A stretch of 64,000 nucleotides of DNA from a virus (taxonomy: Duplodnaviria > Caudoviricetes). Shown piece after piece: positions 1 through 8,875 of the stretch. A program made the position numbers and the translations under genes. The stretch covers positions 20,061 through 84,060 of IMG/VR virus record IMGVR_UViG_3300035520_001173; one strand, written 5' to 3'. Within the stretch, counting starts at the first letter, position 1. The number at the start of each line of letters is the position of its first letter. A model generated the notes under the pieces. That model made no database searches and had not been told where the DNA came from. It saw only the letters and a list, made by a program, of their open reading frames with translations.

Positions 1-48
1 AAAGCGCAGGAATGGCAGTACGAAAAGTTTAATGAACTATGTGATACT

Positions 49-324
49 GTGTATTTCGATGAGGATACTAAGACGTATTATAAGGCCGTTGATGTTGAAA
101 TATCTTGTGATGATACCATCGAAGTTGATTTTATGGCAATTCATCTTCAGCAAAAATCAAACGAGCCCAAATATACCATCTCTTTTGAGGCATATTCTTT
201 GAGCGAAAACGAAATAAATAGAAAACTCAATAATTGGAATACAGTTGATGCCCTTACATTTAGGTATGATTTGGAAAGAGCTTTTGGTTTTGAATTTGGT
301 AAACTTGAAAGACAAGATATGTGA
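49..324 (+). CDS. hypothetical protein (true start may lie upstream)
   Basis: 91-codon ORF from the track, co-oriented with the downstream accessory genes. Confidence 0.5.
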   Translation: MYFDEDTKTYYKAVDVEISCDDTIEVDFMAIHLQQKSNEPKYTISFEAYSLSENEINRKLNNWNTVDALTFRYDLERAFGFEFGKLERQDM

Positions 325-343
325 AATCAAAAAAATAAAAATT

Positions 344-698
344 ATGTTAATAATTACAAATTAATAGCACCGAGGCGTTGCAAAAGTTAATTGCCGAAGA
401 TGCGGAGTTCGGAATCGAAGTAAAATCTGCCGTTATTAACAAATTAGCAAAATCATATGTAAAGTCATTGGAGAACAAAGATATTATTCCTTTCTTGAAT
501 GCACAGCTCAACAAAACTCTGTATGGTACAGAATCATATGGGCAATATATTCGTCAATATTTAGATGGCGGAGTAAAAGAACTGATACATGAGCTTATTA
601 AGGAAGAACTTAAAACTTTTATTCTCGAAGAAATTAACAAGACTGCTGATGAAATCAGAAAGTTTATTTCTGAAAAAAACTGGCGAAGTTGTGACTAA
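344..698 (+). pseudogene. hypothetical protein with an apparent 1-nt frameshift near 358
   Basis: ATG at 344 reads MLIITN-stop. Removing one A from ACAAATT joins it to the 378-698 frame (MLIITINSTEALQKLIAED...). Confidence 0.5.
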
Positions 699-849
699 AT
701 TATTTCCTACCAACTTAGCTCGAACATACCATGATACAATGAGGGCTACACTAAGAGAGATTATGGAAGATGCCCAAAATCAAGTTAACGAGAGTGGCAT
801 TGGAAAGGAGTACGAAGAACTTAAAAATAGTGCCATTAAACAACAATGA
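589..849 (+). CDS. small hypothetical protein (likely start GTG 691)
   Basis: ORF whose stop overlaps the next ATG at 846 (ATGA coupling). Confidence 0.5.
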   Translation: MSLLRKNLKLLFSKKLTRLLMKSESLFLKKTGEVVTKLFPTNLARTYHDTMRATLREIMEDAQNQVNESGIGKEYEELKNSAIKQQ

Positions 850-1361
850 CAACCGAACAGAAAATATGCAGTATTTGTGGTGATACTTTTTTCTACCACC
901 CATCGGGCTATGTCGGTGATTATTATGGCATCTCACTTAATAATCAAGGCGTATGCCCATGCTGTATAAAGGAATTTATTGATTTGAAAAGGGAGAAAAA
1001 TCTTCCAATTAGGAAATACTCTTTTCGTTATAAAGAGGTTTATGACAGTGCCTTAATGGACGATATTCGTGGCCAAATTGAAGAATATCAGGAAAAGGCT
1101 GCCAATGGCAAATTTCCAAGAGCACATACAGTATTAGCTTACTTTGTTGGTGGTAATGATGCTACGGCTGAAGAATTTAAAGTGGTGAGAAATCAGTTTT
1201 GCTACATATATCATCGTAATAATGATGGTACTGAAAAGATTTTCAAACGCATGAAATTTGACATCATTAATAATGAATTTTCCAATGAACCTAATATCGT
1301 TAAAACGAATGACCACGTTATTCCTGTCAGTAGTTATCTCGGAGCGATAATGCCCAAATAA
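846..1361 (+). CDS. hypothetical protein with N-terminal CxxC and CPCC (possible Zn ribbon)
   Basis: 171-aa ORF, CSIC...CPCC. Confidence 0.7.
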   Translation: MTTEQKICSICGDTFFYHPSGYVGDYYGISLNNQGVCPCCIKEFIDLKREKNLPIRKYSFRYKEVYDSALMDDIRGQIEEYQEKAANGKFPRAHTVLAYFVGGNDATAEEFKVVRNQFCYIYHRNNDGTEKIFKRMKFDIINNEFSNEPNIVKTNDHVIPVSSYLGAIMPK

Positions 1362-1471
1362 CTTGTAAATTTATATATTTAAATTATTAGCAAATAATAT
1401 TTCAGAGTATGAAAAACAATGAACAGCAAATAATAGAAAAGATTTTAAACGAATTATAAAAAATAAAGACA

Positions 1472-1888
1472 ATGAGTAATCAACCTAAGAAAAAGAAAAA
1501 TAAAAACAAGGGTTCGAAACTTCTTTATGAGGTTTACCGAAGTTTTACATACAGAGCAAAAAATATTGAATTCCCTGTAAAGGCAGGCGATGAACATGAA
1601 TACATATGCAGCACGTGTGGCCAACGTCAAATCGTAGTAGCGAAGGATGATGGGGCTTTCCCTTCGAAAATCACTTGCACCAACTGCCGAAGTGATGCAA
1701 GCTCTTATGGCGATTTAGTTGAAAATAATCGAACAGGCGTTGTTGTAAGAAATTTAATTAGGCCTAACTTTCAACAATTTGCAAAACTCCCAAAAGGTTT
1801 ACAAAATTTAGTTCTCAATGGACTTTTGGTTTTTGAAGACGAAGTTCAGGATATTTCAAATAAAATTACCAAAACATTCACAGTATAA
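1472..1888 (+). CDS. hypothetical Zn-ribbon protein
   Basis: 138-aa ORF, CSTC...CTNC, followed by a terminator. Confidence 0.7.
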   Translation: MSNQPKKKKNKNKGSKLLYEVYRSFTYRAKNIEFPVKAGDEHEYICSTCGQRQIVVAKDDGAFPSKITCTNCRSDASSYGDLVENNRTGVVVRNLIRPNFQQFAKLPKGLQNLVLNGLLVFEDEVQDISNKITKTFTV

Positions 1889-1896
1889 AGATAATA

Positions 1897-1928
1897 ATAG
1901 TGGTTGTAATCTATGACCACTATTTTTT
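1897..1928 (+). terminator. intrinsic terminator
   Basis: ATAGTGGTTGTA/TATGACCACTAT stem followed by a T run. Confidence 0.7.
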
Positions 1929-1966
1929 GTATATTAGATAACAATTAAATTAATCTCGTAGATAAC

Positions 1967-2533
1967 ATGCAGGATTTGTCTGATAAAGATATGGCAAAAT
2001 TATCTTTGAAACGGATAATTAATGCCATGGGCAAAACAATGGACATTGATCAATATATAACGATTGAACCGTTTTATTATATTAATATCGGCTATTATGA
2101 ACGAGAGATTAAAAATCTCAGCAAGCTTAATGAAGATGAATATAGTAAAACCGACTATGCCCTTAATTCTACTAAAAATAAAAAGTCTTATTTTGACTCA
2201 GATATAGAAGATTGTAAGCGTAAATTAAATACTAATATCACCAATGTTAAAACAATACTTGAATGGAAGTGTCCTAAAAGGTATCTCTGTGTTAAAGCAT
2301 CCCTTTTACGAAGGTATTTTCATCAAATAGTTTGGTATATGAACCGTTTGAATCTTCCCTTATACAGAGATTACGAGATTTCCATAAAGGGTAGTTCTTT
2401 GCAGACATTAAAAGATTACTTTGAGATGAAATTAAAAGGAACAAAAGAAGCTTTGGAAATTTTGCAAAAGATAGTCAAAGTTTGCAATAAAGAAGTAGAT
2501 TCGTTTGCTAAAATGTTAATAGAAATTGAATAA
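1967..2533 (+). CDS. hypothetical protein
   Basis: 188-aa ORF. Confidence 0.7.
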   Translation: MQDLSDKDMAKLSLKRIINAMGKTMDIDQYITIEPFYYINIGYYEREIKNLSKLNEDEYSKTDYALNSTKNKKSYFDSDIEDCKRKLNTNITNVKTILEWKCPKRYLCVKASLLRRYFHQIVWYMNRLNLPLYRDYEISIKGSSLQTLKDYFEMKLKGTKEALEILQKIVKVCNKEVDSFAKMLIEIE

Positions 2534-2535
2534 GT

Positions 2536-3472
2536 ATGGGATGCTTTAATATTACAGGTTTTGCCTCACAATTACCTATTGAAGGCGATGATGAGGTTAT
2601 TGCATTTGTAGGAGTTACGAATGAAATAGATCTTAATTGCTATCCTGACGGTTTAATCAATTTATTTTTCGCTGCCAATATACGCCAAATATGATGAATA
2701 TGGCGGCGTTTATGATATTGTCAATGATGAACATACCAAGTTACTGTGTCAATATTTCAAAATCGAGGAAAATAAGTTAGCCAATTTTTTAAATGACCTC
2801 AATAGCAGTAAGTTGGATGTCTTTAGAGCCGAATGGTTTGTTAGAAATAAAAAGTCTCGACCTGTTTTGTTAATTGAAAATAGGAAGATATATGAGTATT
2901 TATCTAAATTCGTTACAGATGATATGATGGCGGATGATACTGTAGACCCAACTAAGATACTGAAGGATTTTTATTGGGATTTTTTGAGTTATATCGATGA
3001 GTACAAAGATATAATAACGGGGCGTTTAGCTAATCCACTTTGGGGGACATGGCTGCCATTAGGCGCATACATATATGAAACGGCATTCAATGTTGGTAAA
3101 AAATCAGATAGTTCTGAGATAAATAAGATAAACATTGAAAGATTAAGACAGTTAAAGAAACGGACTGATGAATTTCAAGAGAGAATAGATAGTTTAAAAT
3201 GGTGCTTCCCACAAAATCATCAAATAGGCTATTTTACACATCTCTCGTTGTCCAAGCTCTTAAAAGATAATCATTCTTACTTTAAATTTTTGCATGATAA
3301 TGTTGAGGAAATTGTTAAATTGAGTAATTTCTACCGAAATTCTTATCATTGCCAACGTATTTGGCAAGAAGGTTTATGCGGTTCTCAATATTTTGATGCA
3401 AAACAACTAATTGGACTGCATAAATTATGCATTGATGTTTTGAAGAAAAAACTCGAAGAAGAAGGGTTATAA
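2536..3472 (+). pseudogene. hypothetical phage protein with an apparent 1-nt frameshift in the T5 run at 2665-2669
   Basis: ATG 2536 gives MGCFNITGFASQLPIEG... and stops after 52 codons. The +1 frame continues SLPIYAKYDEYGG... straight into ORF 2813-3472. Confidence 0.6.
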
Positions 3473-3539
3473 TAGCCAAAAAATGGTATATTTTAGACGA
3501 TTAATAAAATAATACAAATATAAAAACTTCACTAAAGAA

Positions 3540-5132
3540 ATGACAAACATTAATTTAGAAAAGAAGAGCGGACAATATGGACAAACCTTATTGAATGCGA
3601 TGTTACTTGCTGATGGCTATAAATTGGGCCATAAGACAATGTACCCAGAGGGGATGACTAAACTATTCAGTAATTTTACTCCCCGTGGCAATAAGTACCT
3701 TCCCGAAGCTACAGAAGGTATGGTAGTTTTCGGTATTCAGTACTTGATAAAGAAATATCTTATTGAATATTTCAACGAGAATTTCTTTAATCTTGACGAA
3801 GATACTGTTGTAAAGTCTTATAAAGACTTATTGTTCTCATTCTTGGGCGAGGAAGCTGCGAACAAAATTGGCACTGAGCATATTATAGCTCTTCATCGTC
3901 TTGGATATTTGCCGATTAAGATTAAGGCCCTTCCTGAGGGTTCTTACTGTCCTGTCGGTTGCCCTGTTCTTACAATCACCAATACTCATCCTGATTTTGC
4001 GTGGTTGACTAATTATCTTGAAACATTGATATCCAATGTACTGTGGCACCCGATGACTTCTGCTACGGTTGCCGACGTGTTCAAACGTGAACTCGTAAGA
4101 CATGCCATCAAGACGGGATTTTTTAATCCTAATGATTGGTCTAACATTGAATTTCTTTGTCATGATTTCTCTATGCGAGGAATGAGCACTATTGAATCTT
4201 CTATTGTTTCAGGCATGGCTCACCTTGTTTCATTCTGTGGTTCAGAAACTATTCCTGCCATCAAAATGGTAGAATACTACTACAAGGCAAATCCTAAAGA
4301 AACTTTGATTGCTGCAACCGTTCCTGCTACCGAACATTCCGTGGAATGCACAAATGCTACCAACAATGAAGACGGTACCCCGAATGATGAAGTTTACTTC
4401 AAAGAAATTCTTGAAAAATTCCCCACGGGTTATATTTCAATCGTGGCCGATGGTTATGACTATTGGCATTTCCTTACAACTATTGTACCGAAATATCGTA
4501 AAGAGATTTTAGCCCGTGATGGCCGAGTAGTAATTCGCCCTGATAGCGGAGACCCTGTTAAGATTATTTGCGGAGACCCTACTGCTGAAAACCAATTTGT
4601 ACGAATGGGTTCTTATGAATTTCTATGGAATATCTTTGGTGGCCATTACAATGAGCTTGGCTACAAAGAGCTTGATTCTCATATCGGCTTACTCTATGGC
4701 GATTCTATTAATATAAAACGCCAACGTGTAATTTACGAGCAAATGGAGAATAAATTCTTTGCCTTAACTAATTTGGTGCTCGGTATTGGTTCGTTTAGTT
4801 ACTCTTTGTTGTCAAGAGATTGTCTTGCTCTTGCTTGCAAAGCTACATTCTGCATTGTGAATGGGAAATCTATTGAGATTTACAAAGACCCGAAGACGGT
4901 TACAGGTACTCCAAAAAAATCTCACCGTGGCTTAATTCGTGTTGTTACAGATGAGGATGGTAAGTATCATGTTATTGATAGATGCACTCTCGAAGAAGAG
5001 GAAAATGACAACGAGTTAAAAACTGTATTTGAAGATGGTAAACTTGTCAGAGAGTTTACTTTTGAAGAAATCCGTCAAACTCGCCGTAAAGCCGTACTTG
5101 AATCGTTAGCTGCTCAATTGCCTCATGATTAA
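3540..5132 (+). CDS. nadV: nicotinamide phosphoribosyltransferase-family protein (candidate NARP1 Namat)
   Basis: Motifs LLADGYKLGH, HDFSMRG, PATEHSV, SIVADGYD, VIRPDSGDP, GDSI, KDPKT...KKSHRG. Confidence 0.9.
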   Translation: MTNINLEKKSGQYGQTLLNAMLLADGYKLGHKTMYPEGMTKLFSNFTPRGNKYLPEATEGMVVFGIQYLIKKYLIEYFNENFFNLDEDTVVKSYKDLLFSFLGEEAANKIGTEHIIALHRLGYLPIKIKALPEGSYCPVGCPVLTITNTHPDFAWLTNYLETLISNVLWHPMTSATVADVFKRELVRHAIKTGFFNPNDWSNIEFLCHDFSMRGMSTIESSIVSGMAHLVSFCGSETIPAIKMVEYYYKANPKETLIAATVPATEHSVECTNATNNEDGTPNDEVYFKEILEKFPTGYISIVADGYDYWHFLTTIVPKYRKEILARDGRVVIRPDSGDPVKIICGDPTAENQFVRMGSYEFLWNIFGGHYNELGYKELDSHIGLLYGDSINIKRQRVIYEQMENKFFALTNLVLGIGSFSYSLLSRDCLALACKATFCIVNGKSIEIYKDPKTVTGTPKKSHRGLIRVVTDEDGKYHVIDRCTLEEEENDNELKTVFEDGKLVREFTFEEIRQTRRKAVLESLAAQLPHD

Positions 5133-6156
5133 CAATTTTACATTCTTTCTCGGACTCCCTGGATGCGGAAAATCAACGCATCTTCGGAGTATTCCGAGTT
5201 GTTACAATCTCGTAGAAAAATACTACACGAGGTATGGCTCTTCATTTTCGCTGACTGCATTTTATGATTTTGCGTATCCTCTTTTATCTAATGCGCCTGA
5301 TAATACCTATGTTATCTCTGCGGATGAAATAAAAGAAGGCCTAAAGGGTTTTTCAAATGAGCATCCTGAATCAGTGCATGAGGCCTCGGTTCAAATGGCC
5401 CGCAAAATTATTTGCGACTTAGCTGAAAATAAAACATTTAGTGCCAATGTGCTTCTTGACGGTGGCGGCATAAATAACCATTATAACCTTGAAATTATTG
5501 AATTCCTTAGAAATCATAATGTAAAGAACATTAAATGTGTTTATTTTGACACTCCGATAGATGTATGCCTTAAACGTATTGAACAACGAACACGTAAAGT
5601 TCCTGTTGAAGAAATCTTCAAAAAGAATCTAAGATTGGAGGTTTGCAAGAATCGTTACATCCCTTTGGTTGATGAATTTGAAAAAATAAGCTACTATACA
5701 AACAAATACCTTTTGTTAGATATGGATGGCACTTTGGCTTGCTACGGCAAAGCTAAATATGATATTCATGGTAATTCAGATTTTGTTAGCAGTGAACTTT
5801 TCAAAAACCTTAAACCTGTTCAACATGTGATTGATTATGTGAAAGAGCATTTTGATATGGCTAATGTTTATATCATCACGGCTTGTGCTAATTCAATCGC
5901 ATGGAAAGAGAAAAATGAATGGTTGGATAGGTATTTTCCTGAAATTCCTATTGAAAATAGATTGTTTGTTGGCAATAAAAACTACAAACATGTTTTTATA
6001 GAGCAGTTTGCTGATATGAAAAAATGGAAACGAAATGAAGTAACTCTCATTGATGATTTTCATGAAACGTTAGCAAAGTGTGATGAAATTGGGATAAATG
6101 CTGTACACCCTTCAAATATAACCGCACTTTTTGACAAATACAGTTCCCTGTCATGA
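5125..6156 (+). CDS. P-loop kinase plus HAD phosphatase fusion (PseT/PNK-like layout)
   Basis: GLPGCGKST Walker A at the N-terminus. LLDMDGTL, ITAC and LIDD HAD motifs at the C-terminus. Confidence 0.8.
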   Translation: MINNFTFFLGLPGCGKSTHLRSIPSCYNLVEKYYTRYGSSFSLTAFYDFAYPLLSNAPDNTYVISADEIKEGLKGFSNEHPESVHEASVQMARKIICDLAENKTFSANVLLDGGGINNHYNLEIIEFLRNHNVKNIKCVYFDTPIDVCLKRIEQRTRKVPVEEIFKKNLRLEVCKNRYIPLVDEFEKISYYTNKYLLLDMDGTLACYGKAKYDIHGNSDFVSSELFKNLKPVQHVIDYVKEHFDMANVYIITACANSIAWKEKNEWLDRYFPEIPIENRLFVGNKNYKHVFIEQFADMKKWKRNEVTLIDDFHETLAKCDEIGINAVHPSNITALFDKYSSLS

Positions 6157-6554
6157 ATATTCCGTACAATAAAGAAAGATGTAAACAAAGACTCCTTAAA
6201 GATTATCTCAAGCATGGTAAATTGGTTGTTGCCTTTGATTTTGATAATACAATTTTCGATTATCATTCATTAGGAGATGATTATTCTGATATCATCAGCC
6301 TTTTAAAACAATGCACCGATTTGAACTTTGATTTAATTCTTTTTACTGTCGATACGGATAGTCTTAAGTTGCACAATAAGATTACCTATGTTTCAAAAAT
6401 TTTAGTTACGTCTAATTTTACAGTTAACGAGAGTAAAGTGATGAAAGGCTCTATCAAGCCTTACTACAATATTCTCTTAGATGATAGAGCGGGTTTAGAA
6501 GAAAGTTGTGAAATATTAAAATTTGTAATAGATTATGCAAACAATATACATTAA
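6153..6554 (+). CDS. small HAD-superfamily protein
   Basis: VAFDFDNTI (motif I), LFT (motif II), K...LLDDRAG (motifs III/IV). Confidence 0.7.
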   Translation: MNIPYNKERCKQRLLKDYLKHGKLVVAFDFDNTIFDYHSLGDDYSDIISLLKQCTDLNFDLILFTVDTDSLKLHNKITYVSKILVTSNFTVNESKVMKGSIKPYYNILLDDRAGLEESCEILKFVIDYANNIH

Positions 6555-7389
6555 TTGTAAACCATCAGACCCAACGGAAACTGGGATTGTAAAAACGGAA
6601 ATCCTCACGTTCAACGATGGCGAGAAACATTTAATTCTTGGCGAAATTAATCGAAAAGATTCAGTGAAGGTTGTTTGCCGAATTAAGAGTTCTGATGATT
6701 TATTCATTCTAATGCAGTTGTCAGATATTCTTAAACGACAAGCAATCGAAGTTGGTCATTTTGTAATTCGTTACCTTATGGGTATGCGCTGTGATAGAGT
6801 TTTTGATTTCAATAGACCATTTACCTTGAAAATTGTTGCTGATGTTATTAATTCATTCAATGCCCAAAGCGTAAGTATTATCGAGCCTCATTCGGTTCGT
6901 TCTATAAACGAAATTAAAAATTCAAGTGATTTCGCTATGATTAATTTCATGACTAACAAAGTCAGATTTGATTATAAGAAAGGTTTGGAAACTTGTTTTG
7001 TTGCCCCTGATAAAGGCGCAAAAGAGCGTTACGGCTTGTTTGTTCGCTTTGGTATTGAATGTTCTAAAGTTCGTGATGCGGCTACGGGTAAGTTGTCAGG
7101 TTTTAGTAATGAACTGTTAGATGGTAATCCCGATAAGAGTAATTCCAATTTGGTCGTTATTGACGACCTATGTGATGGTGGCGGTACTTTCTGCGGCGTG
7201 GCTGATATGCTCAAAGAGTACAATCCGAAAGAAACAACACTTATGATTATACATGCTGTAAACTATGCAGGTATTCTAAATGTTGCAAAGAGATTCACCA
7301 ATGTTTATATCACTAATTCGTATGCTGATTATGACAATGGTGAGTATGAATTACCGCCGAATGTGCATGTAGTGAAAGTGCCATTCTAA
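6535..7389 (+). CDS. prs: ribose-phosphate pyrophosphokinase-like protein (candidate NARP1 Adps)
   Basis: TFNDGEKH, APDKGAKER, CSKVRD and PRPP-binding-type loop VIDDLCDGGGTF. Confidence 0.85.
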   Translation: MQTIYINCKPSDPTETGIVKTEILTFNDGEKHLILGEINRKDSVKVVCRIKSSDDLFILMQLSDILKRQAIEVGHFVIRYLMGMRCDRVFDFNRPFTLKIVADVINSFNAQSVSIIEPHSVRSINEIKNSSDFAMINFMTNKVRFDYKKGLETCFVAPDKGAKERYGLFVRFGIECSKVRDAATGKLSGFSNELLDGNPDKSNSNLVVIDDLCDGGGTFCGVADMLKEYNPKETTLMIIHAVNYAGILNVAKRFTNVYITNSYADYDNGEYELPPNVHVVKVPF

Positions 7390-7391
7390 TT

Positions 7392-7440
7392 AAAAAAAAT
7401 AAATACCGCCACTCAATTAAGAATGACGGTATTTTTTATT
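7392..7440. terminator. bidirectional intrinsic terminator between convergent genes
   Basis: A tract, AAATACCG...CGGTATTT stem, T tract. Confidence 0.75.
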
Positions 7441-7449
7441 GTTCTTTTC

Positions 7450-8856
7450 TTAATCCAAGGTAAAAGTCAGTACCCAATCTGATAAATCATCAGGAATATC
7501 TCGTTGCCCTTCGCACATATCAACCCACTCCAAATTCGTATCTCTGATAATTTCAAGAAGCTCAAGTAAATCTTCTTCTAATGAACCCGAACCATTTTTA
7601 CCAAGACTTACAACTGTGTAGTATTGGATTTCATCATTATGGTTTTTAATAGCGATTACATATTTGAATAACTTATTATTCATTATGTATTTGACATGTT
7701 CGACTGGTATTTTTGTCTCATCTTTGAATAATACCGTAATGCTATTCTCCTTACCAATCCTCATAAGATTTTGAACCGAAGGATATTTGTCGATTAATTC
7801 TGCAAGAGCTTGCTTAGATTCTTCGTCGCCGTCTATCGATTCATTTAATTCACTTTTCTCCCAATCTCCGTGGGAAGCATCTTGAGGTATATATCCCATA
7901 TCTTTTAAATTTTGTTTTGAATATCTTATACCATTTGTCCTTGGCATTTTCCAATAGGGAATATCTTTGCTTGTTGATGAAACGTAATTCCTTGGGTCAG
8001 AATCTATTTTTCTTCCGCTTTGTTTTGAAAGGTTTGTATAAAATTCGTTGTTTATACTATCTACTGAATCATCATCAAGTATTTCAATAATTCTAATCTT
8101 GTCAACTATGTACCATGTTTGGTCTTTCGTGGCATTCGAATTGGTTCTATATTCGTAATATTCACTATCGCCTAACTTTTGTAAGCATTGGTCAGCAGGG
8201 GTTTCTGACATAGACCTTGCTTTTTCGGTAGCGTTGATATCAACACAAACTTCAACTTTGCCCCATACTTCACTATTTCTTGTGAATTGGTAGTTATTGC
8301 CCGTGCCTTTCTTTCCATCTTTGACTTTACCATCCCCACGCTGATTACCCCATGGAGTTGTGGTCATGTGCCACCCAGGTCTATAGGCTAAATTGTCTAT
8401 TTTATTGCCATCAGTATCATAACCCCTGCCTACTGTATATAAACGATTATTTTCCGTATTGAGCCAACATTCGCCTTCACCACTTTTATACCATTTCCCA
8501 AGTTGCAAGCCTTGCGGTAAGCCCATATCTCCTTCACTATCTGTTTTTACATAAAGAGGAAATACCATGCCTTTTGAGAGATTATTGCCGTTATTATCCA
8601 ATCTAAGCTTGAATTGTTTATATAGAATAATTGGCTTTAATTTAGGTTGAAAATCGGGTAATTCTTGGTGGGGTGTAGTTCCATGCTGATATTGGTAATA
8701 ATCATATTCCATATGTTTATCTGAACCTTTGCCCACTGAACGGCCTACCCATTTATCTTTAGGGCTTGAAATTCGAAAGTTTTGCCTTTCAGTATCACTC
8801 TTCGCTCTATATTCGTCGATAGCTTCTGCTAAAATGTTCTTAAAAAAATTATTCAT
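7450..8856 (-). CDS. hypothetical protein, probable head-internal protein, with LAYRPGWH motif
   Basis: 468-aa ORF with an acidic N-terminal leader (ILAEAIDE) and internal ELNES. Confidence 0.75.
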   Translation of the reverse strand: MNNFFKNILAEAIDEYRAKSDTERQNFRISSPKDKWVGRSVGKGSDKHMEYDYYQYQHGTTPHQELPDFQPKLKPIILYKQFKLRLDNNGNNLSKGMVFPLYVKTDSEGDMGLPQGLQLGKWYKSGEGECWLNTENNRLYTVGRGYDTDGNKIDNLAYRPGWHMTTTPWGNQRGDGKVKDGKKGTGNNYQFTRNSEVWGKVEVCVDINATEKARSMSETPADQCLQKLGDSEYYEYRTNSNATKDQTWYIVDKIRIIEILDDDSVDSINNEFYTNLSKQSGRKIDSDPRNYVSSTSKDIPYWKMPRTNGIRYSKQNLKDMGYIPQDASHGDWEKSELNESIDGDEESKQALAELIDKYPSVQNLMRIGKENSITVLFKDETKIPVEHVKYIMNNKLFKYVIAIKNHNDEIQYYTVVSLGKNGSGSLEEDLLELLEIIRDTNLEWVDMCEGQRDIPDDLSDWVLTFTLD

Positions 8857-8875
8857 ACTAAAATATACCAGTCAA

